From positions 14,508,001 to 14,572,000 of the forward strand of contig OY740810.1 in the NCBI GenBank assembly GCA_963514005.1: DNA of 64,000 bases, given 5' to 3'. Origin of the DNA: Raja brachyura. Taxonomy: Eukaryota. Under the pieces are notes generated by a model. That model worked only from the letters and a program-made list of their open reading frames with translations, made no database searches and had not been told where the DNA came from. How positions within the stretch are numbered: the first letter of the stretch is position 1; each line of letters begins with the position of its first letter. Shown here piece after piece: positions 24,001 through 39,000 of this stretch. The position numbers and the translations under genes were made by a program.

Positions 24001-27000
24001 GGATACAGCACAGAAAATTGCTCTTTCGATCGTAGATTCTGTGTCAATGGCAATCTACCCCTTCATACTAATCCTATACTAATGGCATTTTTTATTCTCC
24101 CTTCATCAAAAGTAATTCACATTATTTCCTTCATCATGTATTTGTACACTGTGGATGGCATGATTGTAATCATGTATAGCATTTCCACTAACTGGTTAGT
24201 ATGCAACAAAAGCTTTTCACTTTACCTCGGTACACATGACAAAGAACTAAACTCAAACGCAAACTCAAACATCCTCTTCAACTGCAGTAAGGTCCTACCA
24301 TTGACCTACTTATTTGGGTCATTTTACAGTGGCCATAGAGCTTAGACCTATACATTATTCATCTATGTGTAACACTCTTGCCCTTCTTTACACCAAGTGT
24401 TAACAATAATTCAACAAAAAGCTTTTTTTATAATTGATTGTTTAATAATTTTGCACAATTTCTTAACAGCAATATCACCAACACAGACCACAACTCCAAA
24501 TTTGCAAACAAATCCCCTTGATTTTAACGTGACCTTCGTTGCAACTAACTTGACCTCAGCAGCAGATTTACAAGATCCCAATTCAGCATTGTTCAACTCG
24601 ACAGCAAGTGTTATTGTTTTGCAGGTCAGTTGACAAATTACTGATTGATTTAATCAATTCATTACTCATGGTTCAGACAGTCTAATACTCTAACCATTGC
24701 CTTTTTACAGCTGAACCAACTGTTTCGCAGCAGTAATGTTAACAAAACCTTCTCCAGCTGCAGAGTTCTCTCATTCAGGTAAGGAAAACTAAGATTCATC
24801 CGGGTCAGTATTTGCATCAACACCACGTGCGACCTCAGAAAGGCACACGTTACTGCAAATGCATCAATATTTCCTAAATGGTAACTCTGATAGAAAAATG
24901 GCAAGCTCATATTTAGACATGTTTTTCTCAAAGATAATTCCCAAACCAATATTTGTGGATTTCTAAGGAGTTTCACAACGTCCATGGTGGTGCATCCCAA
25001 GCCCTTCATGTGCCATGGACACAATGATGTGTAGGTTCATGGACATGCAGTGGTGCACCAGAAAATCAGGTGGTGACTTTCAGATTCTAGACAACTCCCG
25101 CATCATGCAGATATTGTGGTTGACTCATGTAAATGTTGCCACCGAGTGCTTGCAAGGTCTGATTTAGCATTGGTTTGAGAGGAAACAGATCCAGGCCATG
25201 GATTGCAGTGGTGAAAGCCCATCTCTGATGGGCTCTGATGTACTGTTGATTCCCAATATCATGCCTCATCCCATTCCCAATGTATTAATTTGTGTACTAA
25301 AATAGTACCTCAGGAATCAATAATTGCACAGAAACAGTCTACAGAGGAAATATTTAATTTATTTTGCAAATTGAATGCCATATCCCCGTCTACAATTATT
25401 CTGGCAAATGACATACATATTACGTGCTTGAGTATATAAATATACTATTCCCCAACGTTTCAATCAATGGTTTCTATTCCCAAACTGTCTGACATCTTAA
25501 GTCAAGCAGATTTACTCAATTACCTCTGCATCTATTCCACAGCCCCTCAGCTGTACAAGGCACCAGAGTGCATGCAAACTGCACCTTCACAAATGACTCT
25601 GATACCCAGGATGTTAACAGGGTTAGATTGTACCGTGTGTTCAGAGACCTGTCTGCAGGCATCACCACTCTAGGACCATATTCTCTGGATAGTAACAGCC
25701 TCTACGTGAACGGTATGTATCACTGAAGTTAGGATTTACTTCTGATCAAATTTATTGGATTCGAGTGAACGTTCAGAAAATGTCATAATCTATCAATTTA
25801 CCCTATTTAATGTACACATTTCGCCAGATACATAATTATTCTTTTAATCTTTCAGGTTACAATGAACCATCACCTTCAACAAGTGAGTACTGTTTTGAAT
25901 TTGATATTTCACTAAAATATCCTTTTGTTGCAGTGGATAACAGTTGAATATATTTACCAAACGTTCAATAAATATTGTCAGATGTTGTCTCCCTATTAGT
26001 GATGTTAACACAGCAGGTGTATGACAATGGAAAGTGGATGAGATGTGACCATCCTATCATCATCAATGTTTTCATCTCCACTGCTGGCCATACATTCCAT
26101 CAGGCTCCACCCAAAATACCAATGTACCAATCTTTGCTTCATTGGAAATGATAATCATAGACCGTTAGTGCCTTGATGGATACAGCACAGAAAATTGCTC
26201 TTTCGATCGTAGATTCTGTGCCAATGGCAATCTACCCCTTCATACTAATCCTATACTAATGACATTTTTTATTCTCCCTTCATCAAAAGTAATTCACATT
26301 ATTCCCTTCATCATGTATTTGTACACTGTGGATGGCATGATTGTAATCTTGTATAGCATTTCCACTAACTGGTTAGTATGCAACAAAAGCTTTTCACTTT
26401 ACCTCGGTACACATGACAAAGAACTAAACTCCAACGCAAACTCAAACATCCTCTTCAACTGCAGTAAGGTCCTACCATTGACCTACTTATTTGGGTCATT
26501 TTACAGTGGCCATAGAGCTTAGACCTATCCATTATTCATCTCTGTGTAACACTGTTTCCTTCTTTACACCAAGTGTTAACAATAATTCAACAAAAAGCTT
26601 TTTTCATAATTGATTGTTTAATAATTTTGCACAATTTCTTAACAGCAATATCACCAACACAGACCACAACTCCAAATATGCAAACAAATCCCCTTGATTT
26701 TAACGTGACCTTCGTTGCAACTAACTTGACCTCAGCAGCAGATTTACAAGATCCCAATTCAGCATTGTTCAACTCGACAGCAAGTGTTATTGTTTTGCAG
26801 GTCAGTTGACAAATTACTGATTGATTTAATCAATTCATTACTCATGGTTCAGACAGTCTAATACTCTAACCATTGCCTTTTTACAGCTGAACCAACTGTT
26901 TCGCAGCAGTAATGTTAACAAAACCTTCTCCAGCTGCAGAGTTCTCTCATTCAGGTAAGGAAAACTAAGATTCATCCGGGTCAGTATTTGCATCAACACC

Positions 27001-30000
27001 ACGTACAACCTCAGAAAGGCACATGTTACTGCAAATGCATCAATATTTCCTAAATGGTAACTCTGATAGAAAAATGGCAAGCTCATATTTAGACATGTTT
27101 TTCTCAAAGATAATTCCCAAACCAATATTTGTGGATTTCTAAGGAGTTTCACAACGTCCATGGTGGTGCATCCCAAGCCCTTCATGTGCCATGGACACAA
27201 TGATGTGTAGGTTCATGGACATGCAGTGGTGCACCAGAAAATCAGGTGGTGACTTTCAGATTCTAGACAACTCCCGCATCATGCAGATATTGTGGTTGAC
27301 TCATGTAAATGTTGCCACCGAGTGCTTGCAAGGTCTGATTTAGCATTGGTTTGAGAGGAAACAGATCCAGGCCATGGATTGCAGTGGTGAAAGCGCTCTG
27401 ATGTACTGTTGATTCCCAATATCATGGCTCACCCCATTCCCAATGTATTAATTTGTGTACTAAAATAATACCTCAGGAATCAATAATTGCACAGAAATAG
27501 TCTACAGAGGAAATATTTAATTTATTTTGCAAATTGAATGCCATATCCCCGTCTAGAATTATTCTGGCAAATGACATACATATTACGTGCTTGAGTATAT
27601 AAATATACTATTCCCCAACGTTTCAATCAATGGTTTCTATTCCCAAACTGTCTGACATATTAAGTCAAGCAGATTTACTCAATTACCTCTGCATCTTTTC
27701 CACAGCCCCTCAGCTGTACAAGGCACCAGAGTGCATGCAAACTGCACCTTCACAAATGACTCTGATACCCAGGATGTTAACAGGGTTGGATTGTACCGTG
27801 TGTTCAGAGACCTGTCTGGAGGCATCACCACTCTAGGACCATATGCTCTGGATAGTAACAGCCTCTACGTGAACGGTATGTATCACTGAAGTTAGGATTT
27901 ACTTCTGATCAAATTTATTGGATTCGAGTGAACATTCAGAAAATGTCATAATCTATCAATTTCCCCTATTTAATGTACACATTTCGCCAGATACATAATT
28001 ATTCTTTTAATCTTTCAGGTTACAATGAACCATCACCTTCAACAAGTGAGTACTGTTATGAATTTGATATTTCACTAAAATATCCTTTTGTTGCAGTGGA
28101 TAACAACAGTGAATATATTTACCAAACGTTCAATAAATATTGTCAGATGTTGTCTCCCTATTAGTGATGTTAACACATCTGGTGTATGACAATGGAAAGT
28201 GGATGAGATGTGACCATCCTATCATCATCAATGTTTTCATCTCCACTGCTGGCCATACATTCCATCAGGCTCCACCCAAAATACCAATGTACCAATCTTT
28301 GCTTCATTGGAAATGATAATCATAGACCGTTAGTGCCTTGATGGATACAGCACAGAAAATTGCTCTTTCGATCGTAGATTCTGTGCCAATGACAATCTAC
28401 CCCTTCATACTAATCCTATACTAATGACCTTTTTTATTCTCCCTTCATCAAAAGTAATTCACATTATTCCCTTCATCATGTATTTGTACACTGTGGATGG
28501 CATGATTGTAATCATGTATAGCATTTCCACTAACTGGTTAGTATGCAACAAAAGCTTTTCACTTTACCTCGGTACACATGACAAAGAACTAAACTCCAAC
28601 GCAAACTCAAACATCCTCTTCAACTGCAGCAAGGTCCTACCATTGACCTACTTATTTGGGTCATTTTACAGTGGCCACAGAGCTTAGACCTATACATTAT
28701 TCATCTATGTGTAACACTCTTGCCCTTCTTTACACCAAGTGTTAACAATAATTCAACAAAAAACTTTTTTTTAAATTGATTGTTTAATAATTTTGCACAA
28801 TTTCTTAACAGCAATATCACCAACACAGACCACAACTCCAAATTTGCAAACAAATCCCCTTGATTTTAACGTGACCTTCGTTGCAACTAACTTGACCTCA
28901 GCAGCAGATTTACAAGATCCCAATTCAGCATTGTTCAACTCGACAGCAAGTGTTATTGTTTTGCAGGTCAGTTGACAAATTACTGATTGATTTAATCAAT
29001 TCATTACTCATGGTTCAGACAGTCTAATACTCTAACCATTGCCTTTTTACAGCTGAACCAACTGTTTCGAAGCAGTAATGTTAACAAAACCTTCTCCAGC
29101 TGCAGAGTTCTCTCATTCAGGTAAGGAAAACTAAGATTCATCCGGGTCAGTATTTGCATCAACACCACGTGCGACCTCAGAAAGGCACATGTTACTGCAA
29201 ATGCATCAATATTTCCTAAATGGTAACTCTGATAGAAAAATGGCAAGCTCATATTTAGACATGTTTTTCTCAAAGATAATTCCCAAACCAATATTTGCGG
29301 ATTTCTAAGGAGTTTCACAACGTCCATGGTGGTGCATCCCAAGCCCTTCATGTGCCATGGACACAATGATGTGTAGGTTCATGGACATGCAGTGGTGCAC
29401 CAGAAAATCAGGTGGTGACTTTCAGATTCTAGACAACTCCCGCATCATGCAGATATTGTGGTTGACTCATGTAAATGTTGCCACCGAGTGCTTGCAAGGT
29501 CTGATTTAGCATTGGTTTGAGAGGAAACAGATCCAGGCCATGGATTGCAGTGGTGAAAGCCCATCTCTGATGGGCTCTGATGTACTGTTGATTCCCAATA
29601 TCATGCATCATCCCATTCCCAATGTATTAATTTGTGTACTAAAATAGTACCTCAGGAATCAATAATTGCACAGAAATAGTCTACAGAGGAAATATTTAAT
29701 TTATTTTGCAAATTGAATGCCATATCCCCGTCTAGAATTATTCTGGCAAATGACATACATATTACTTGCTTGAGTATATAAATATACTATTCCCTAACGT
29801 TTCAATCAATGGTTTCTATTCCCAAACTGTCTGACATCTTAAGTCAAGCAGATTTACTCAATTACCTCTGCATCTATTCCACAGCCCCTCAGCTGTACAA
29901 GGCACCAGAGTGCATGCAAACTGCACCTTCACAAATGACTCTGATACCCAGGATGTTAACAGGGTTAGATTGTACCGTGTGTTCAGAGACCTGTCTGAAG

Positions 30001-33000
30001 GCATCACCACTCTAGGACCATATTCTCTGGATAGTAACAGCCTCTACGTGAACGGTATGTATCACTGAAGTTAGGATTTACTTCTGATCAAATTTATTGG
30101 ATTCGAGTGAACATTCAGAAAATGTCATAATCTATCAATTTCCCCTATTTAATGTACACATTTCACCAGATACATAATTATTCTTTTAATCTTTCAGGTT
30201 ACAATGAACCATCACCTTCAACAAGTGAGTACTGTTTTGAATTTGATATTTCACTAAAATATCCTTTTGTTGCAGTGGATAACAACAGTGAATATATCTA
30301 CCAAACGTTCAATAAATATTGTCAGATGTTGTCTCCCTATTAGTGATGTTAACACAGCAGGTGTATGACAATGGAAAGTGGATGAGATGTGACTATCCTA
30401 TCATCATCAATGTTTTCATCTCCACTGCTGGCCATACATTCCATCAGGCTCCACCCAAAATACCAATGTACCAATCTTTGCTTCATTGGAAATGATAATC
30501 ATAGACCGTTAGTGCCATGATGGATACAGCACCGAAATTGGCTCTTTGGATCGTAGATTCTGTGCCAATGGCAATCTACCCCTTTATTCTAATCCTATAT
30601 TAATCACATTTTTTATTCTCCCTTCATCAAAAGTAATTCACATTATTCCCTTCATCATGTATTTGTACACTGTGGATGGCATGATTGTAATCATGTATAG
30701 CATTTCCACTAAATGGTTAGCATGCAACAAAAGCTTTTCACTTTACCTCGGTACACATGACAAAGAACTAAACTCCAACGCAAACTCAAACATCCTCTTC
30801 AACTGCAGGAAGGTCCTACCATTGACCTACTTATTTGGGTCATTTTACAGTGGCCATAGAGCTTAGACCTATACATTATTCATCTCTGTGTAACACTCTT
30901 TCCTTCTTTACACCAAGTGTTAACAATAATTCAACAAAAAGCTTTTTTCATAATTGATTGTTTAATAATTTTGCACAATTTCTTAACAGCAATATCACCA
31001 ACACAGACCACAACTCCAAATTTGCAAACAAATCCCCTTGATTTTAATGTGACCTTCGTTGCAACTAACTTGACCTCAGCAGCAGATTTACAAGATCCCA
31101 ATTCAGCATTGTTCAACTCGACAGCAAGTGTTATTGTTTTGCAGGTCAGTTGACAAATTACTGATTGATTTAATCAATTCATTACTCATGGTTCAGACAG
31201 TCTAATACTCTAACCATTGCCTTTTTACAGCTGAACCAACTGTTTCGCAGCAGTAATGTTAACAAAACCTTCTCCAGCTGCAGAGTTCTCTCATTCAGGT
31301 AAGGAAAACTAAGATTCATCCGGGTCAGTATTTGCATCAACACCACGTGCGACCTCAGAAAGGCACATGTTACTGCAAATGCATCAATATTTCCTAAATG
31401 GTAACTCTGATAGAAAAATGGCAAGCTCATATTTAGACATGTTTTTCTCAAAGATAATTCCCAAACCAATATTTGTGGATTTCTAAGGAGTTTCACAACG
31501 TCCATGGTGGTGCATCCCAAGCCCTTCATGTGCCATGGACACAATGATGTGTAGGTTCATGGACATGCAGTGGTGCACCAGAAAATCAGGTGGTGACTTT
31601 CAGATTCTAGACAACTCCCGCATCATGCAGATATTGTGGTTGACTCATGTAAATGTTGCCACCGAGTGCTTGCAAGGTCTGATTTAGCATTGGTTTGAGA
31701 GGAAACAGATCCAGGCCATGGATTGCAGTGGTGAAAGCCCATCTCTGATGGGCTCTGATGTACTGTTGATTCCCAATATCATGCATCATCCCATTCCCAA
31801 TGTATTAATTTGTGTACTAAAATAGTACCTCAGGAATCAATAATTGCACAGAAATAGTCTACAGAGGAAATATTTAATTTATTTTGCAAATTGAATGCCA
31901 TATCCCCGTCTAGAATTATTCTGGCAAATGACATACATATTACTTGCTTGAGTATATAAATATACTATTCCCTAACGTTTCAATCAATGGTTTCTATTCC
32001 CAAACTGTCTGACATCTTAAGTCAAGCAGATTTACTCAATTACCTCTGCATCTATTCCACAGCCCCTCAGCTGGACAAGGCACCAGAGTGCATGCAAACT
32101 GCACCTTCACAAATGACTCTGATACCCAGGATGTTAACAGGGTTAGATTGTACCGTGTGTTCAGAGACCTGTCTGAAGGCATCACCACTCTAGGACCATA
32201 TTCTCTGGATAGTAACAGCCTCTACGTGAACGGTATGTATCACTGAAGTTAGGATTTACTTCTGATCAAATTTATTGGATTCGAGTGAACATTCAGAAAA
32301 TGTCATAATCTATCAATTTCCCCTATTTAATGTACACATTTCACCAGATACATAATTATTCTTTTAATCTTTCAGGTTACAATGAACCATCACCTTCAAC
32401 AAGTGAGTACTGTTTTGAATTTGATATTTCACTAAAATATCCTTTTGTTGCAGTGGATAACAACAGTGAATATATCTACCAAACGTTCAATAAATATTGT
32501 CAGATGTTGTCTCCCTATTAGTGATGTTAACACAGCAGGTGTATGACAATGGAAAGTGGATGAGATGTGACTATCCTATCATCATCAATGTTTTCATCTC
32601 CACTGCTGGCCATACATTCCATCAGGCTCCACCCAAAATACCAATGTACCAATCTTTGCTTCATTGGAAATGATAATCATAGACCGTTAGTGCCATGATG
32701 GATACAGCACCGAAATTGGCTCTTTGGATCGTAGATTCTGTGCCAATGGCAATCTACCCCTTTATTCTAATCCTATATTAATCACATTTTTTATTCTCCC
32801 TTCATCAAAAGTAATTCACATTATTCCCTTCATCATGTATTTGTACACTGTGGATGGCATGATTGTAATCATGTATAGCATTTCCACTAAATGGTTAGCA
32901 TGCAACAAAAGCTTTTCACTTTACCTCGGTACACATGACAAAGAACTAAACTCCAACGCAAACTCAAACATCCTCTTCAACTGCAGGAAGGTCCTACCAT

Positions 33001-36000
33001 TGACCTACTTATTTGGGTCATTTTACAGTGGCCATAGAGCTTAGACCTATACATTATTCATCTCTGTGTAACACTCTTTCCTTCTTTACACCAAGTGTTA
33101 ACAATAATTCAACAAAAAGCTTTTTTCATAATTGATTGTTTAATAATTTTGCACAATTTCTTAACAGCAATATCACCAACACAGACCACAACTCCAAATT
33201 TGCAAACAAATCCCCTTGATTTTAATGTGACCTTCGTTGCAACTAACTTGACCTCAGCAGCAGATTTACAAGATCCCAATTCAGCATTGTTCAACTCGAC
33301 AGCAAGTGTTATTGTTTTGCAGGTCAGTTGACAAATTACTGATTGATTTAATCAATTCATTACTCATGGTTCAGACAGTCTAATACTCTAACCATTGCCT
33401 TTTTACAGCTGAACCAACTGTTTCGCAGCAGTAATGTTAACAAAACCTTCTCCAGCTGCAGAGTTCTCTCATTCAGGTAAGGAAAACTAAGATTCATCCG
33501 GGTCAGTATTTGCATCAACACCACGTGCGACCTCAGAAAGGCACATGTTACTGCAAATGCATCAATATTTCCTAAATGGTAACTCTGATAGAAAAATGGC
33601 AAGCTCATATTTAGACATGTTTTTCTCAAAGATAATTCCCAAACCAATATTTGTGGATTTCTAAGGAGTTTCACAACGTCCATGGTGGTGCATCCCAAGC
33701 CCTTCATGTGCCATGGACACAATGATGTGTAGGTTCATGGACATGCAGTGGTGCACCAGAAAATCAGGTGGTGACTTTCAGATTCTAGACAACTCCCGCA
33801 TCATGCAGATATTGTGGTTGACTCATGTAAATGTTGCCACCGAGTGCTTGCAAGGTCTGATTTAGCATTGGTTTGAGAGGAAACAGATCCAGGCCATGGA
33901 TTGCAGTGGTGAAAGCCCATCTCTGATGGGCTCTGATGTACTGTTGATTCCCAATATCATGCATCATCCCATTCCCAATGTATTAATTTGTGTACTAAAA
34001 TAGTACCTCAGGAATCAATAATTGCACAGAAATAGTCTACAGAGGAAATATTTAATTTATTTTGCAAATTGAATGCCATATCCCCGTCTAGAATTATTCT
34101 GGCAAATGACATACATATTACTTGCTTGAGTATATAAATATACTATTCCCTAACGTTTCAATGAATGGTTTCTATTCCCAAACTGTCTGACATCTTAAGT
34201 CAAGCAGATTTACTCAATTACCTCTGCATCTATTCCACAGCCCCTCAGCTGGACAAGGCACCAGAGTGCATGCAAACTGCACCTTCACAAATGACTCTGA
34301 TACCCAGGATGTTAACAGGGTTAGATTGTACCGTGTGTTCAGAGACCTGTCTGAAGGCATCACCACTCTAGGACCATATTCTCTGGATAGTAACAGCCTC
34401 TACGTGAACGGTATGTATCACTGAAGTTAGGATTTACTTCTGATCAAATTTATTGGATTCGAGTGAACATTCAGAAAATGTCATAATCTATCAATTTCCC
34501 CTATTTAATGTACACATTTCACCAGATACATAATTATTCTTTTAATCTTTCAGGTTACAATGAACCATCACCTTCAACAAGTGAGTACTGTTTTGAATTT
34601 GATATTTCACTAAAATATCCTTTTGTTGCAGTGGATAACAACAGTGAATATATCTACCAAACGTTCAATAAATATTGTCAGATGTTGTCTCCCTATTAGT
34701 GATGTTAACACAGCAGGTGTATGACAATGGAAAGTGGATGAGATGTGACTATCCTATCATCATCAATGTTTTCATCTCCACTGCTGGCCATACATTCCAT
34801 CAGGCTCCACCCAAAATACCAATGTACCAATCTTTGCTTCATTGGAAATGATAATCATAGACCGTTAGTGCCATGATGGATACAGCACCGAAATTGGCTC
34901 TTTGGATCGTAGATTCTGTGCCAATGGCAATCTACCCCTTTATTCTAATCCTATATTAATCACATTTTTTATTCTCCCTTCATCAAAAGTAATTCACATT
35001 ATTCCCTTCATCATGTATTTGTACACTGTGGATGGCATGATTGTAATCATGTATAGCATTTCCACTAAATGGTTAGCATGCAACAAAAGCTTTTCACTTT
35101 ACCTCGGTACACATGACAAAGAACTAAACTCCAACGCAAACTCAAACATCCTCTTCAACTGCAGGAAGGTCCTACCATTGACCTACTTATTTGGGTCATT
35201 TTACAGTGGCCATAGAGCTTAGACCTATACATTATTCATCTCTGTGTAACACTCTTTCCTTCTTTACACCAAGTGTTAACAATAATTCAACAAAAAGCTT
35301 TTTTCATAATTGATTGTTTAATAATTTTGCACAATTTCTTAACAGCAATATCACCAACACAGACCACAACTCCAAATTTGCAAACAAATCCCCTTGATTT
35401 TAATGTGACCTTCGTTGCAACTAACTTGACCTCAGCAGCAGATTTACAAGATCCCAATTCAGCATTGTTCAACTCGACAGCAAGTGTTATTGTTTTGCAG
35501 GTCAGTTGACAAATTACTGATTGATTTAATCAATTCATTACTCATGGTTCAGACAGTCTAATACTCTAACCATTGCCTTTTTACAGCTGAACCAACTGTT
35601 TCGCAGCAGTAATGTTAACAAAACCTTCTCCAGCTGCAGAGTTCTCTCATTCAGGTAAGGAAAACTAAGATTCATCCGGGTCAGTATTTGCATCAACACC
35701 ACGTGCGACCTCAGAAAGGCACATGTTACTGCAAATGCATCAATATTTCCTAAATGGTAACTCTGATAGAAAAATGGCAAGCTCATATTTAGACATGTTT
35801 TTCTCAAAGATAATTCCCAAACCAATATTTGTGGATTTCTAAGGAGTTTCACAACGTCCATGGTGGTGCATCCCAAGCCCTTCATGTGCCATGGACACAA
35901 TGATGTGTAGGTTCATGGACATGCAGTGGTGCACCAGAAAATCAGGTGGTGACTTTCAGATTCTAGACAACTCCCGCATCATGCAGATATTGTGGTTGAC

Positions 36001-39000
36001 TCATGTAAATGTTGCCACCGAGTGCTTGCAAGGTCTGATTTAGCATTGGTTTGAGAGGAAACAGATCCAGGCCATGGATTGCAGTGGTGAAAGCCCATCT
36101 CTGATGGGCTCTGATGTACTGTTGATTCCCAATATCATGCATCATCCCATTCCCAATGTATTAATTTGTGTACTAAAATAGTACCTCAGGAATCAATAAT
36201 TGCACAGAAATAGTCTACAGAGGAAATATTTAATTTATTTTGCAAATTGAATGCCATATCCCCGTCTAGAATTATTCTGGCAAATGACATACATATTACT
36301 TGCTTGAGTATATAAATATACTATTCCCTAACGTTTCAATCAATGGTTTCTATTCCCAAACTGTCTGACATCTTAAGTCAAGCAGATTTACTCAATTACC
36401 TCTGCATCTATTCCACAGCCCCTCAGCTGGACAAGGCACCAGAGTGCATGCAAACTGCACCTTCACAAATGACTCTGATACCCAGGATGTTAACAGGGTT
36501 AGATTGTACCGTGTGTTCAGAGACCTGTCTGAAGGCATCACCACTCTAGGACCATATTCTCTGGATAGTAACAGCCTCTACGTGAACGGTATGTATCACT
36601 GAAGTTAGGATTTACTTCTGATCAAATTTATTGGATTCGAGTGAACATTCAGAAAATGTCATAATCTATCAATTTCCCCTATTTAATGTACACATTTCAC
36701 CAGATACATAATTATTCTTTTAATCTTTCAGGTTACAATGAACCATCACCTTCAACAAGTGAGTACTGTTTTGAATTTGATATTTCACTAAAATATCCTT
36801 TTGTTGCAGTGGATAACAACAGTGAATATATCTACCAAACGTTCAATAAATATTGTCAGATGTTGTCTCCCTATTAGTGATGTTAACACAGCAGGTGTAT
36901 GACAATGGAAAGTGGATGAGATGTGACTATCCTATCATCATCAATGTTTTCATCTCCACTGCTGGCCATACATTCCATCAGGCTCCACCCAAAATACCAA
37001 TGTACCAATCTTTGCTTCATTGGAAATGATAATCATAGACCGTTAGTGCCATGATGGATACAGCACCGAAATTGGCTCTTTGGATCGTAGATTCTGTGCC
37101 AATGGCAATCTACCCCTTTATTCTAATCCTATATTAATCACATTTTTTATTCTCCCTTCATCAAAAGTAATTCACATTATTCCCTTCATCATGTATTTGT
37201 ACACTGTGGATGGCATGATTGTAATCATGTATAGCATTTCCACTAAATGGTTAGCATGCAACAAAAGCTTTTCACTTTACCTCGGTACACATGACAAAGA
37301 ACTAAACTCCAACGCAAACTCAAACATCCTCTTCAACTGCAGGAAGGTCCTACCATTGACCTACTTATTTGGGTCATTTTACAGTGGCCATAGAGCTTAG
37401 ACCTATACATTATTCATCTCTGTGTAACACTCTTTCCTTCTTTACACCAAGTGTTAACAATAATTCAACAAAAAGCTTTTTTCATAATTGATTGTTTAAT
37501 AATTTTGCACAATTTCTTAACAGCAATATCACCAACACAGACCACAACTCCAAATTTGCAAACAAATCCCCTTGATTTTAATGTGACCTTCGTTGCAACT
37601 AACTTGACCTCAGCAGCAGATTTACAAGATCCCAATTCAGCATTGTTCAACTCGACAGCAAGTGTTATTGTTTTGCAGGTCAGTTGACAAATTACTGATT
37701 GATTTAATCAATTCATTACTCATGGTTCAGACAGTCTAATACTCTAACCATTGCCTTTTTACAGCTGAACCAACTGTTTCGCAGCAGTAATGTTAACAAA
37801 ACCTTCTCCAGCTGCAGAGTTCTCTCATTCAGGTAAGGAAAACTAAGATTCATCCGGGTCAGTATTTGCATCAACACCACGTGCGACCTCAGAAAGGCAC
37901 ATGTTACTGCAAATGCATCAATATTTCCTAAATGGTAACTCTGATAGAAAAATGGCAAGCTCATATTTAGACATGTTTTTCTCAAAGATAATTCCCAAAC
38001 CAATATTTGTGGATTTCTAAGGAGTTTCACAACGTCCATGGTGGTGCATCCCAAGCCCTTCATGTGCCATGGACACAATGATGTGTAGGTTCATGGACAT
38101 GCAGTGGTGCACCAGAAAATCAGGTGGTGACTTTCAGATTCTAGACAACTCCCGCATCATGCAGATATTGTGGTTGACTCATGTAAATGTTGCCACCGAG
38201 TGCTTGCAAGGTCTGATTTAGCATTGGTTTGAGAGGAAACAGATCCAGGCCATGGATTGCAGTGGTGAAAGCCCATCTCTGATGGGCTCTGATGTACTGT
38301 TGATTCCCAATATCATGCATCATCCCATTCCCAATGTATTAATTTGTGTACTAAAATAGTACCTCAGGAATCAATAATTGCACAGAAATAGTCTACAGAG
38401 GAAATATTTAATTTATTTTGCAAATTGAATGCCATATCCCCGTCTAGAATTATTCTGGCAAATGACATACATATTACTTGCTTGAGTATATAAATATACT
38501 ATTCCCTAACGTTTCAATCAATGGTTTCTATTCCCAAACTGTCTGACATCTTAAGTCAAGCAGATTTACTCAATTACCTCTGCATCTATTCCACAGCCCC
38601 TCAGCTGGACAAGGCACCAGAGTGCATGCAAACTGCACCTTCACAAATGACTCTGATACCCAGGATGTTAACAGGGTTAGATTGTACCGTGTGTTCAGAG
38701 ACCTGTCTGAAGGCATCACCACTCTAGGACCATATTCTCTGGATAGTAACAGCCTCTACGTGAACGGTATGTATCACTGAAGTTAGGATTTACTTCTGAT
38801 CAAATTTATTGGATTCGAGTGAACATTCAGAAAATGTCATAATCTATCAATTTCCCCTATTTAATGTACACATTTCACCAGATACATAATTATTCTTTTA
38901 ATCTTTCAGGTTACAATGAACCATCACCTTCAACAAGTGAGTACTGTTTTGAATTTGATATTTCACTAAAATATCCTTTTGTTGCAGTGGATAACAACAG